A stretch of 37,630 nucleotides of DNA, taken from Patescibacteria group bacterium. Its GTDB lineage: Bacteria; Patescibacteriota; Minisyncoccia; Phycocordibacterales; PALSA-1337. This document shows, one piece after another, positions 24,489-33,512 of the stretch. The stretch is from assembly GCA_038065415.1 (NCBI GenBank), contig JBBTRA010000012.1, positions 1-37,630 of the forward strand, written 5' to 3'. The notes beneath the pieces are model-generated. The model made no database searches, was not told where the DNA came from, and was given only the letters and a program-made list of their open reading frames with translations. Both the position numbers and the translations under genes were made by a program. The first letter of the stretch is position 1. Each line of letters starts with the position of its first letter.

Positions 24489-25796
24489 TTATCTGACTTC
24501 CCAAGAATTCCCCTTCATCTCGGCGTAAATCTTCTCCATGACCGCGTTGACCTCATCATCCGTAAGCGTTCTTTCACTGGATTGGAATATCATACGGAAT
24601 GCATACGATACTTTGCCTTCTTTTTTGAAAGCGTCAAACAACGAATGTCGTGCAAGAAGCTCTACAGCGCCCGCATTGGCGATACCCTTCTGAACCGATT
24701 CCCACACGGTTTCCGCTACGACTGATTCCGGGACGAACACAGCGATATCACGAACGATGAACGGATACACTGAAAATTTCTTGTATGCATTCTTTGAAGC
24801 TGCCCTCGAGGCGAGACTGTCATACGTATCAGGTATAGTCGAGAGCGACTTGAAATGATCATCGAGCCTGATCTCCCACATAGCCATTGCTCCGTGTGAC
24901 AGCACCTTCTGATCAGGAAGATCAACAACTGCCTCTACTGATTTCTTGAGGACGTCCTCACTCTTCACACCTTTGATCTTCTTCACCTGTGCAACGCCCA
25001 TCGCAAGATGGGTGAATTCCCCTTCCGCAGTGAATACTTTCCCAATTTCGAATATCTTGATGGCATCCAGTCCGAGCAGTTCCGCATTTTTTACATTCAA
25101 TTCGAGAGCTTTCAAAATACCGTCAGAAAGGTTGGTCCTCAAATGATTCTTATCAGAAGCGAGTGGCTTCTCTATCTCATAATCACCCTTGGGTACCAAA
25201 CTATAGGTGTACACCTCAGAAAAACCGAGCTGTTCTACCAGCCTATCCTTGATCGTTTCGCTCCAGAAGAAATTCTTCTCCACCGAAGGCTTGAAACTGC
25301 TGTTTTTAGGCAATACAGGCACAATCTTGTCATATCCGTAGATTCGCCCTACTTCCTCAGGAATATCGCGCCAGGAGGCCAAATCAAGCCTATCAGAGGG
25401 TACGGTGAGGGTAAGTTCTTGATTCCTACCCTCTTCGACCAGCATATCCATCCTTGTGAGAATACTCATCATTTCCTCGCTGGAAATATCGGAGCCTAGC
25501 ACTTCATTAATTTGCGCAACACTGATTGTGATCTTTCGTGGCGACGCATCGAACTTCACCAAACCATCTTTCTTTTTGAGTCCGAGAATGGTCGACACCT
25601 CGCGAGCGATCCCTTCGTATGATTTCGCGTAGCATGCACGATCAGGCAAAACTTTGATGTCCAAAATAGTATCATCACCGACTTTCTCAACACTTTCTAT
25701 TTCAAAAGCATGAAATGTGAATGCATCTGCAAGAACCTCCGGGGATGGAAGCGTATCTTCGAGGTATGTCTGGAGTTTTGTGTAGGAGATTTTCAT
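24489..25796 (-). CDS. pheT: Phenylalanine--tRNA ligase beta subunit, minimal form (435 aa)
   Basis: A B1-like N-terminus (MKISYTKLQTYL...PEVLADAFTFHAFEIESVEK...DIKVLPDRACYAKSYEGIAREV) runs directly into B5-like sequence (ISVAQINEVLGSDIS...VPSDRLDLASWRDIPEEVGRIYGYDKI). B6/7-like sequence follows, and then a C-terminal FDX-ACB-like domain (FSVYPFIVRDIAVFVP...VSYAFRMIFQSSERTLTDDEVN). Confidence 0.85.
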   Translation of the reverse strand: MKISYTKLQTYLEDTLPSPEVLADAFTFHAFEIESVEKVGDDTILDIKVLPDRACYAKSYEGIAREVSTILGLKKKDGLVKFDASPRKITISVAQINEVLGSDISSEEMMSILTRMDMLVEEGRNQELTLTVPSDRLDLASWRDIPEEVGRIYGYDKIVPVLPKNSSFKPSVEKNFFWSETIKDRLVEQLGFSEVYTYSLVPKGDYEIEKPLASDKNHLRTNLSDGILKALELNVKNAELLGLDAIKIFEIGKVFTAEGEFTHLAMGVAQVKKIKGVKSEDVLKKSVEAVVDLPDQKVLSHGAMAMWEIRLDDHFKSLSTIPDTYDSLASRAASKNAYKKFSVYPFIVRDIAVFVPESVVAETVWESVQKGIANAGAVELLARHSLFDAFKKEGKVSYAFRMIFQSSERTLTDDEVNAVMEKIYAEMKGNSWEVR

Positions 25797-25810
25797 ATAT
25801 TTACGCGGAC

Positions 25811-26029
25811 TTACTCTTGGACGAATTGAAATCGCGGAACCTTCTGACCCTCCACCTCTACACTATCCTCGAACATCTCCGCGGGACGGGCCCAGAGTTT
25901 CGAAACAGGGTTTTCGTACTGCGCCTCATACACCACCATCAGCTCCAGCGTCTCAGAATGTGCAGCTGTGCCAATCACTCGATAGAGCGTGCCTTTCTTG
26001 GAATGTTTGTAAATACCGGGCTTGGTCAT
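25811..26029 (-). CDS. DUF1653-like small protein
   Basis: GIYKHSKKGTLYRVIGTAAHSETLELMVVYEAQYENPVSKLWARPAEMFED matches my memory of the DUF1653 pattern (Y.H.K.. Y.V.G.A.HSET.E..VVY..L......WVRP...F). Confidence 0.7.
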   Translation of the reverse strand: MTKPGIYKHSKKGTLYRVIGTAAHSETLELMVVYEAQYENPVSKLWARPAEMFEDSVEVEGQKVPRFQFVQE

Positions 26030-26032
26030 GAC

Positions 26033-26758
26033 TTAGAATTGATTCACGAACCTCAAATCGCCTGAATAAAGTAGCCGAATATCATCCAATCCATACTTGA
26101 TCATGATCAGACGGTCGATACCTCCTCCGAAAGCGAAGCCGGAATACTTCTCAGGATCGATACCAGCAGTTCGCAACACATTCTCGTGGACCGGACCCGC
26201 ACCCATAACTTCGAGCCAGCGACCCTTGTAGAAAATATCTACTTCCACACCCGGCTCAACGAATGGAAAGTAGCTCGGACGGAAGCGCATTTGGACATCA
26301 TCACCAAAAAGTTTCTTGAAAAAGTACTCGAGCGTACCCTTGAGCTCAGCGAGTGACACTTTCTCGTCTATATAGAGACCTTCGACCTGATGGAACTGTG
26401 CCTCATGAGTCGCATCGGTCGCTTCATTGCGATATACCTTACCAGGTACAATGATCTTGAACGGAGGCTGGTGTGCCTGCATATAGCGAATCTGTACCGG
26501 TGACGTATGCGTGCGGAGAACCAGCTTGTCAGCCGGTGTCTTGCCCTTACCAAGCGCATTCACCCAGAAAGTATCTTGCATCCCTCGCGCTGGATGCCCC
26601 GCAGGAATATTCAGCGCATCAAAATTGTAGAACTCTGTCTCGAGCTCTGGTCCAAGCGCCACCTCAAAACCAATCGTTTCGAAGATCGACTGGATCTCCC
26701 TGATCATCTGGGTCATCGGATGGAGATGACCCTTGGGTACTGAGGTCTCTTGATTCAT
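26033..26758 (-). CDS. pheS: Phenylalanine--tRNA ligase alpha subunit, N-terminally short form (241 aa)
   Basis: HLHPMTQMIREIQSIFETIGFEV, FDALNIPAGHPARGMQDTFW, LRTHTSPVQIRYM, class II motif 2/3 elements (FRPSYFPFVEPG and GFAFGGGIDRL). The start is placed at the ATG at 26758; the ORF-track start at 26776 is a TTG. Confidence 0.9.
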   Translation of the reverse strand: MNQETSVPKGHLHPMTQMIREIQSIFETIGFEVALGPELETEFYNFDALNIPAGHPARGMQDTFWVNALGKGKTPADKLVLRTHTSPVQIRYMQAHQPPFKIIVPGKVYRNEATDATHEAQFHQVEGLYIDEKVSLAELKGTLEYFFKKLFGDDVQMRFRPSYFPFVEPGVEVDIFYKGRWLEVMGAGPVHENVLRTAGIDPEKYSGFAFGGGIDRLIMIKYGLDDIRLLYSGDLRFVNQF

Positions 26759-26806
26759 TACCGCTAACTGTAGCAAAAAAGGCTCAAATATGAAATACTT
26801 TCCTTA

Positions 26807-28057
26807 ATGGACTCTCTCCGTGATATAGCAACCCTCAGCATCCTTTTCCTGTCCCTCTATTTCGAGGTTTTCTTGCTCATAACCTATATCGAGCGCCGCA
26901 AAACCCTCCAAGGCCGCAAGACGGTCGCTGCACCCGCCTATGCAGGTCTCCCCGCAGTAACTATCGTTGTTCCTTGTTATAACGAGGAGAAGACGGCTGC
27001 CAAAACCATCCACTCCTTGCTCGCACTCGACTATCCTGCCGACAAGCTCAAGATCGTTGCAATCAATGACGGATCTACCGACGGTACCGCCGCCATGCTC
27101 CAGACATTCGCGAGTAACCCCCAGATTCAGATCATCCACAAAGAGAATGGTGGCAAGCATACTGCTCTCAATCTCGCGATCGCACAGGCGACTACGCCAT
27201 TCATAGGCTGTCTCGATGCCGACTCATACGCGGCACCTGATGCACTTACCCGACTCATGAAGCGCTTCGAGGACTCGAATATTATGGCAGTCGTTCCTTC
27301 CCTTCATATTTACAACGCTGAGACCATCATCCAAAAGCTCCAGAAAGTCGAGTACCTTGTCGGTGTCTTCATCCGCAGCATACTGGCTGAGCTCAACGCA
27401 CTCTATGTGACCCCCGGACCATTCTCGATATTCCGCACGGCAGTATTCGCAGAAATTGGTCCCTACCGCCAGGCCCACAACACCGAAGACATGGAGATGG
27501 CGCTCCGCATGCAATCGCATGGTATGAGGATCGCCAGTGCCCACGATGCCGTAGTCTATACGTCCTCTCCACGCACGATACCCAAACTCTACAAACAGCG
27601 CGTACGCTGGACCTCGGGCTTCCTGCACAATGCTCGTGACTATCGCTCCATGCTCTTCAGGCCATCCACCGGACATATCGGCGGATTCGTCCTCCCATTT
27701 ATGCTGGTATCAACCGCGTGCGTATTTTTTATTGTAGCAACGCTTATATATGATTTGATATCTTCCACTCACGAGACCTATGTGCGTTTCGATGCGCTCG
27801 GTTTGCGCGCGCTAGAGCTGTCATGGCCTACCTTCAACTGGTTCTATATGCGCACCGGTCCGATCCTGCTCATCGGCACAATCATGATCATCACCATCTT
27901 TGCATTTATCTTCATCGGTTCAAAGCTTTCCAAGGGCAACAAGCCCAAGCTGACCGATATCGCTTGTTACACTTTCTTGTACTCATTCATCGCCCCATTT
28001 TGGGTCATCAGATCTGTAGCCAACGTCGCACTGAGCAAACAGGCTAGTTGGAGGTAG
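26807..28057 (+). CDS. Family 2 glycosyltransferase, processive membrane-embedded type (PgaC/cellulose-synthase-like)
   Basis: An N-terminal TM, then VTIVVPCYNEE, INDGSTDGT, CLDADSY, the QxxRW motif YKQRVRWTSG, and several C-terminal TM helices. Confidence 0.85.
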   Translation: MDSLRDIATLSILFLSLYFEVFLLITYIERRKTLQGRKTVAAPAYAGLPAVTIVVPCYNEEKTAAKTIHSLLALDYPADKLKIVAINDGSTDGTAAMLQTFASNPQIQIIHKENGGKHTALNLAIAQATTPFIGCLDADSYAAPDALTRLMKRFEDSNIMAVVPSLHIYNAETIIQKLQKVEYLVGVFIRSILAELNALYVTPGPFSIFRTAVFAEIGPYRQAHNTEDMEMALRMQSHGMRIASAHDAVVYTSSPRTIPKLYKQRVRWTSGFLHNARDYRSMLFRPSTGHIGGFVLPFMLVSTACVFFIVATLIYDLISSTHETYVRFDALGLRALELSWPTFNWFYMRTGPILLIGTIMIITIFAFIFIGSKLSKGNKPKLTDIACYTFLYSFIAPFWVIRSVANVALSKQASWR

Positions 28058-28062
28058 TATAT

Positions 28063-28089
28063 AAAAACGCTCACCCGTGAAGGTGAGCG
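28063..28089 (-). terminator. Intrinsic terminator between convergent GT2 and 7-TM genes
   Basis: The minus strand reads CGCTCACC-ttcacg-GGTGAGCG followed by TTTTT. Confidence 0.75.
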
Positions 28090-28100
28090 CTGTGACAAAA

Positions 28101-28703
28101 TCATTGAGTCGTAGTTGGTGCAATGCTGCGTGCGATGATTAAGCCTACGATCATGATGATCCAATAGATTATCGAAACCCCGGGGAGCAGCCTGCCATTC
28201 AAAGTTGGCTTCTCGCCGTAGTACGCTAATCCGCTCACCAGCATGTAGAATGCACAGATGACGAAGCTCACTTGGTAGGGATTCTTGAATGAGTCGATAA
28301 TCTGGGGAATACCAGCGATCATGCAAGCTACCGTGTTCGTGATAACAGAAGGCTTGAAGTCTTGTTTCTTGTCCCGGCGAGCTACATGCTCGCACCAGAG
28401 CCAGATACAAACACACACGCCGGTCAGCGCAACTATGAGCCATTCGAAGCTTCCGAAGGACGCTTTGCCGAGCTTGCGGTATGCGTAGAAGCCGATAAGA
28501 AAATCCGAAGCAACGTAGCCGATCATCATCGTATGTCCTCCTTTTTTATCGCGGAGCAACACGAGGACACAAACCAATGAGAGAAGTGACCAGAGAAAGT
28601 AGCTCGCTGGATTGAAAACATCTCCCTGGCTAATCCTCCACATGACGGGAATACAGATAAGCAAGGCGCCAATGCCGCTCAGCTTCACACACAAATCTTT
28701 CAT
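28101..28703 (-). CDS. 7-TM membrane protein, tentatively PQ-loop/SWEET-like
   Basis: About seven hydrophobic segments in a 3+1+3 layout. The second half carries AGIPQIIDSFKNP (PQ-loop-like motif after a TM). The first half has only a degenerate counterpart (IPVMWRISQGD). Confidence 0.45.
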   Translation of the reverse strand: MKDLCVKLSGIGALLICIPVMWRISQGDVFNPASYFLWSLLSLVCVLVLLRDKKGGHTMMIGYVASDFLIGFYAYRKLGKASFGSFEWLIVALTGVCVCIWLWCEHVARRDKKQDFKPSVITNTVACMIAGIPQIIDSFKNPYQVSFVICAFYMLVSGLAYYGEKPTLNGRLLPGVSIIYWIIMIVGLIIARSIAPTTTQ

Positions 28704-28829
28704 AGATCTAAAATACCTTTCAGGCGGTATTATATCATAATATATAAATATGTCAATATATGGAGCTTCCCCATACCTTCATGATCTTCTGATATTTACA
28801 ATCACTCTCAAATAGTCTACTGTTCCATT

Positions 28830-29510
28830 ATGAAACAAGACTGGAAGAAATACGCACTGGCATTTGTCATCACTGCCGCCATATTCACGACAGCCATATT
28901 GATCAGTTCCAAGCTCAATGATGGCCGTCTCAACGAACTGCGGGCGTTGCAAGATTCCGTGTCCATCAATATCCTTTCTTCTGAAACGCAGTTCAATCTC
29001 CTCAAGGAAGCTGCCTGTGACGATCTTTTCAGCTCATCTCTCGGTCAGGAGCTCGGCAATCTTGCAGACCGACTCTCCTATATGGAATCCGTAGGTCGTG
29101 GCAATGATGATGAAGTAGTGACACTCAAACGCTATTATTCCCTCCTACAAATCAAGGACTACCTCCTCATCACCGGCGCAGCAAGTAAGTGCGCCAAACG
29201 CCCGCTTACCATCCTCTATTTCTACCGCGCAGATTGCCCTGATTGTGCCAAGCAGGGTCAGGTACTCACCTATATCCGTCAGCACAGCCCGGAAAATATC
29301 CGCATCTATTCGTTCGACTATGATCTCGATGTCTCTGCACTCAAAACGCTCGCCAACATCAATAAGGTCAAGGAGCCTTTTCCCGCGCTCATCATCAAAG
29401 GAAAAACATATAGCGGGTTCAAGTCCATCGAAGATATGGAAGCACTCGTACCAGAACTCGTAGCGACGAGCACAGCGAAAATAGCAACTTCGACAGCAGC
29501 GAAGAAGTAG
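28830..29510 (+). CDS. Membrane-anchored thioredoxin-fold protein (CPDC motif)
   Basis: An N-terminal TM (YALAFVITAAIFTTAILI) and LTILYFYRADCPDCAKQGQVL, a CxxC in a thioredoxin-like beta-alpha context. Confidence 0.6.
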   Translation: MKQDWKKYALAFVITAAIFTTAILISSKLNDGRLNELRALQDSVSINILSSETQFNLLKEAACDDLFSSSLGQELGNLADRLSYMESVGRGNDDEVVTLKRYYSLLQIKDYLLITGAASKCAKRPLTILYFYRADCPDCAKQGQVLTYIRQHSPENIRIYSFDYDLDVSALKTLANINKVKEPFPALIIKGKTYSGFKSIEDMEALVPELVATSTAKIATSTAAKK

Positions 29511-29546
29511 CTTGGTCTTGGAAACTAACGTCGTCTCGAAATTCGG

Positions 29547-29619
29547 AGCCACCTCCCAGGCTTGAACTGGGGACCTTCGCTTTACAAAAGCGTTGCTCTA
29601 CCAACTGAGCTAAGGTGGC
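29547..29619 (-). tRNA. tRNA-Thr (anticodon TGT)
   Basis: The reverse complement reads GCCACCTTAGCTCAGTTGGTAGAGCAACGCTTTTGTAAAGCGAAGGTCCCCAGTTCAAGCCTGGGAGGTGGCT. The anticodon loop is TTTGTAA. Confidence 0.88.
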
Positions 29620-29674
29620 GCATGCCAGCAAATTACAGGCTAAACTGTACCAATTCTAACGAGCTTTTGCAAAA

Positions 29675-30049
29675 CTACTTGTCCGAAATCCTGCGGAGAT
29701 AGAATGATGCCCCCTCCTTCTTGATCTCGCCGCGGCCGCGGACAGCATCCATCATACGCTTGCCATGAGGATTGGCGAGGAACTGTGCCTTAATTTCTAC
29801 ATACACCTTACGGATATGCACAAGCACATGGAAAGCAATCCATTGTCCGAGGGCGATGAAGGTGTGTCTATTGATGTATGAAAAGAATTTTCCAACTGTG
29901 CCAAACAGTACATGGAAAAAATTATCCGTTCCTCTGCCGAGACGCGATACCAAACTCGGCTTCCCCGTCTTCACCTCCCTACGCTTCAACAGGAGCATCA
30001 GTATGATGCCTACAAACGAAGCATAAAATATGGAGATGAGGGTATACAT
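29675..30049 (-). CDS. Hypothetical membrane protein (124 aa), translationally coupled to tsf
   Basis: An N-terminal TM (LISIFYASFVGIILMLLL) and a second hydrophobic segment. Its ATG (30049..30047) overlaps the tsf TAA by 1 nt (TAATG). Confidence 0.55.
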   Translation of the reverse strand: MYTLISIFYASFVGIILMLLLKRREVKTGKPSLVSRLGRGTDNFFHVLFGTVGKFFSYINRHTFIALGQWIAFHVLVHIRKVYVEIKAQFLANPHGKRMMDAVRGRGEIKKEGASFYLRRISDK

Positions 30050-30642
30050 TAGTTCTCGAGGACCTTGAACCTCTTGAATCGAATGACTGCAGTCTTCTCT
30101 CCGAATTTCTGAACAGCGGCATCGATGAGTCCTTGGATAGTGATTTCGGAATTCTTGATGAATGGCTGGCTGAGAAGAACCATTTCTGAGAAATATGTAT
30201 CAAGCTTACCTTGAAGAATCTTGTCTTTCATAGCTGCAGGCTTATCCTTGACCTCGGCCTCAAAGACTTCACGAGCAGTCTTCATATCCTCTTCCTTAAC
30301 ATCATCTTTGCTGATGAATTTTGGATTGGTTGCTGTGACATGCATAGCAATATCACGAGCGAGTGCTTTGAACTCATCGTTATTGGATACGAAATCAGTT
30401 TCGCAGTTGAGCTCGACAATGGCGCCAACACTACCGTTGGCATGGATATACGCCTGAACGGTACCTGAGCCAAACGTACGATCACCCTTCTTCGCAGCAA
30501 GCTCACCGCTCTTCTTACGGAGGATGACAAGCGCCTTGTCCATATCACCACCAGCCTCTTCGAGAGCCTTCTTGCACTGCATGACCGATATACCGGTCTG
30601 ATCGCGGAGTGTTTTGACTTGGTCTGTAGTGATTGTTGACAT
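30049..30642 (-). CDS. tsf: Elongation factor Ts (short form)
   Basis: MSTITTDQVKTLRDQTGISVMQCKKALEEAGGDMDKALVILRKKS is the UBA-like EF-Ts N-domain, followed by GAIVELNCETDFVSNNDEF. An alternative ATG at 30798 would add 52 non-conserved residues and overlap the rpsB stop. Confidence 0.8.
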   Translation of the reverse strand: MSTITTDQVKTLRDQTGISVMQCKKALEEAGGDMDKALVILRKKSGELAAKKGDRTFGSGTVQAYIHANGSVGAIVELNCETDFVSNNDEFKALARDIAMHVTATNPKFISKDDVKEEDMKTAREVFEAEVKDKPAAMKDKILQGKLDTYFSEMVLLSQPFIKNSEITIQGLIDAAVQKFGEKTAVIRFKRFKVLEN

Positions 30643-30797
30643 AGTTTTGCTTTGATTAGGAGTGTCTGATGGAGGAACAGCGAGCTTTTTTGATAATTCC
30701 ACCTGCTTTTCTTTCAATAGTGAAACTTCGGAGGGGCCGGGCGGCTTCTTCGATAGGTCATCCGTGTCTGATTTCCAAAAGAAGAATGGGCTGAGCA

Positions 30798-31484
30798 TTA
30801 TGCTACTTTGGCTCCCTGATATGCCTTGACTGCCTCATCCACAAAGAATTGGATGCTGCTCTTGGATGTATCGTTTCCGATGATCGGATGGGTAACCTCT
30901 GTTATATTACAATCGGATCCCGCGAGTGCAATGACTGGAACTCCCATATCGAGAGCCTCCTTGAGGGCATTCTTCTCGCGACGAGGATCGATCATGAATA
31001 TAGCGTCAGGGGCTTTCTTGAGAGAGATGATGCCGAGGAACATCTTCTCGAGCGACGCAATCTCTTTGTCGATGAGCATACGCTCACGCTTGGTGTACTT
31101 GGCGAGCTCACCCTTTTCACGATCGGAGACGAGCTTCTCATAGCGATCGATACGCTTCCTGATCTGTCCAAAGTTGGAAAGCGTTCCACCAATCCAGCGT
31201 CCATCGACAAATGGCATGTTGAGCGACTGCGCAGCGTTCTTGATGGTCATCGATGCTTCTTTCTTACCACCTACAAAGAGAATGGTCTTACCTTCTTTGG
31301 CAAGAGCTGCAACAACTGCCATAGCCTTCTCGAGTGATTCGGTTGTCTTCTCCAAATCGAAAATATCGGTGGAATTCTTCGTACCGAAAATATACGGAGC
31401 AATGGTTGGATGTCTGCGCGAACGTCCGAGACCGAAGTGGGCGCCGGCGGTGAACATAGTTTCGATGTTTTTCTTGATTTGCAT
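30798..31484 (-). CDS. rpsB: 30S ribosomal protein S2
   Basis: MFTAGAHFGLGRSRRHPTIAPYIFGTKNSTDIFDLEKT, ILFVGGKK, RWIGGTLSNF, PDAIFMIDPRREKNALKEA and VPVIALAGSDCN. The start was trimmed to the ATG at 31484. Confidence 0.92.
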   Translation of the reverse strand: MQIKKNIETMFTAGAHFGLGRSRRHPTIAPYIFGTKNSTDIFDLEKTTESLEKAMAVVAALAKEGKTILFVGGKKEASMTIKNAAQSLNMPFVDGRWIGGTLSNFGQIRKRIDRYEKLVSDREKGELAKYTKRERMLIDKEIASLEKMFLGIISLKKAPDAIFMIDPRREKNALKEALDMGVPVIALAGSDCNITEVTHPIIGNDTSKSSIQFFVDEAVKAYQGAKVA

Positions 31485-31527
31485 TGTAGGGTCTAAATTA
31501 CCAGAATTGTGGCTTAAAGTCAACGTT

Positions 31528-32799
31528 TTAATATTCTCTCATCGATACCTGCGCATCAACCTTCTTGAGGAGGTCGAGGACCACTGAAACGACGATGAGG
31601 AGTGCTGTACCACCGATAGCCAGCGACTGGTTGGCAGTGAACGCCTGCATAACAAGCGGCAGAACAGCGATGATACCGAGGAAGAGCGCGCCGACAAGTG
31701 TGATGCGAGTCACAATAGATGCGAGATGATCACGGGTGTGGTCACCAGGACGCACACCAGGAATGAAGGCGCCCGAACGCTGGAGGTTCTCTGAGATCTG
31801 CTTTGGATCGAAGGTAACAGCCGTATAGAAGTACGTGAATGCTACGACAAGAACGAAGTAGAATCCTCCGTAGACCCAAGGGTTATTGAAGAAGAGGGTG
31901 AACGACGATGCCCAGCTCGCGATGGTCGCATTGGAAACATTGGACAAGAAATTCGATATAATCTGAGGGAACAAGAGAATAGAGAGTGCAAAAATGATCG
32001 GAATAACACCTGCCTGGTTGAGGCGGAGCGGAAGATATGTTGATGCGCCACCGTATACCTTATTACCCCTCACCTGTTTTGCATAGGTGACCGGAACCGA
32101 GCGCTCTGCTTCGGTGACGAAGACGACGCCAGCGATGACCACGAGTGCAATCACCACAGCAGCGATATAGACAGGGATATTCGCGGCATCATAGCTCGCA
32201 ATGAACTGCTGAGCATTGCTTGGGAGTGCAGATACGATACCAGCGAAGATGATGAGTGATACGCCATTGCCGATACCAAACTCAGATATGAGCTCACCAA
32301 TCCACATAAGGAGGACTGATCCGGCTGTTATAGCAACAACATTGAGCGCGAAGGAGAAACCACCGAGACTTGGCAAGACATTCTGTGATTGAAGGAGTGA
32401 GAGAAATCCGATCGACGAGATGATGGCAAGTGGTACCGACAAAAGACGGGAGTAGTTCGAGAGCTTCATACGTCCTGCATCCCCTTCGTCATGCATGAGA
32501 GCCTTCCACTTGGGGAACATCATGGTGAGAAGCTGAATGACGATCGTAGCGGTGATAAACGGACCGACACCAAGCATCATAATCGAAAGGTTTGAGAGGC
32601 CTCCTCCCGAGAATATATTCAAAAATCCAAAAAATTGGCTTGAGCCAAGAAGCTGTGCAAGATTATCAGCGTTGACTCCCGGTATCGGAATAGTTGCCAA
32701 TGCACGGAAGAGGACGAGGGCCAACACGGTGAATCCGACCCTCTTCCTGAGGATCGGATCCTTGAGCGCTACGAATATTTTTTCTGAAATGTTTTTCAT
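31528..32799 (-). CDS. secY: Preprotein translocase subunit SecY
   Basis: A 423-aa, 10-TM protein with LRKRVGFTVLALVLFRALATIPIPGV, FSGGGLSNLSIMMLGVGPFITATIVIQLL, GNGVSLIIFAGI and LNQAGVIPIIFA. Confidence 0.95.
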   Translation of the reverse strand: MKNISEKIFVALKDPILRKRVGFTVLALVLFRALATIPIPGVNADNLAQLLGSSQFFGFLNIFSGGGLSNLSIMMLGVGPFITATIVIQLLTMMFPKWKALMHDEGDAGRMKLSNYSRLLSVPLAIISSIGFLSLLQSQNVLPSLGGFSFALNVVAITAGSVLLMWIGELISEFGIGNGVSLIIFAGIVSALPSNAQQFIASYDAANIPVYIAAVVIALVVIAGVVFVTEAERSVPVTYAKQVRGNKVYGGASTYLPLRLNQAGVIPIIFALSILLFPQIISNFLSNVSNATIASWASSFTLFFNNPWVYGGFYFVLVVAFTYFYTAVTFDPKQISENLQRSGAFIPGVRPGDHTRDHLASIVTRITLVGALFLGIIAVLPLVMQAFTANQSLAIGGTALLIVVSVVLDLLKKVDAQVSMREY

Positions 32800-32862
32800 G
32801 ATTTGATGGTGTTGTATGTTCCCCAGTATATCTCAAATCGACGGCCCGCGTCCAAACCTTTG

Positions 32863-33498
32863 TTACTCAGCTTTCTTGGCAGGCTTTCCACTAGCGGATG
32901 CGTCTTTCTTTGCCGGCTTTTCCTTGGCAGGAGCTTTTTCTGCCTTTTCTTTAGCTGGGGCAGCTTTCTTGGCAGGCTTCACATCCTTCACCGGAGCAGT
33001 ATTCACATCGCTTGGAGATGAAGGACCCTTGTTCTTAGAAATGACACGCGAAGCAAGTGCAGTGACCGAACCTCCCGCTTTCTCTATCTTAACCTTTGCA
33101 GATTCGGAAACAGCACAACCAGAAACCTTGAACGCTTTGGTGACATCACCATCGCCAAGGATCTTGATATTCGGAATGTTACCTGACCATGTAGAAACAA
33201 TACCCTTCTCAACCAAGATGGTTGGGGTGATCGCTTCGTTTGCTGAAAATGCACCCTCAAGGATAGCAAGGTTAACGACGAAGTTCTGATCCGTAACCGG
33301 CTTGTTCTGATTGACTCCACGTCCACGAAGCTTTGGGAGCTTCTTGATGATATCGCGCCATTCTGGGCGGCGCTTGTTACCAGCGCGCGCGGACTGACCT
33401 TTGCCACCACGACCTGCAGTCTTACCACGCTTGCCGCCACGAGCGACAATCATGCGCTTCATGTTAGGGGTATTTCGTTTGAGTTGATGGAATTGCAT
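32863..33498 (-). CDS. rplO: 50S ribosomal protein L15 with a Lys/Ala/Pro-rich C-terminal extension
   Basis: GGKRGKTAGRGGKGQSARAG... is the L15 core. It is followed by a ~60-aa tail (KPAKKAAPAKEKAEKAPAKEKPAKKDASASGKPAKKAE). Confidence 0.88.
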   Translation of the reverse strand: MQFHQLKRNTPNMKRMIVARGGKRGKTAGRGGKGQSARAGNKRRPEWRDIIKKLPKLRGRGVNQNKPVTDQNFVVNLAILEGAFSANEAITPTILVEKGIVSTWSGNIPNIKILGDGDVTKAFKVSGCAVSESAKVKIEKAGGSVTALASRVISKNKGPSSPSDVNTAPVKDVKPAKKAAPAKEKAEKAPAKEKPAKKDASASGKPAKKAE

Positions 33499-33512
33499 GA
33501 TAGTTTTCTTCC

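Noticed and set aside
26759-26806. A T-box or attenuator leader upstream of pheS.
   Set aside because: Only 48 nt separate pheS from the divergent GT2 gene. That is too short for a T-box (~200 nt), and no specifier or T-box motif is visible.
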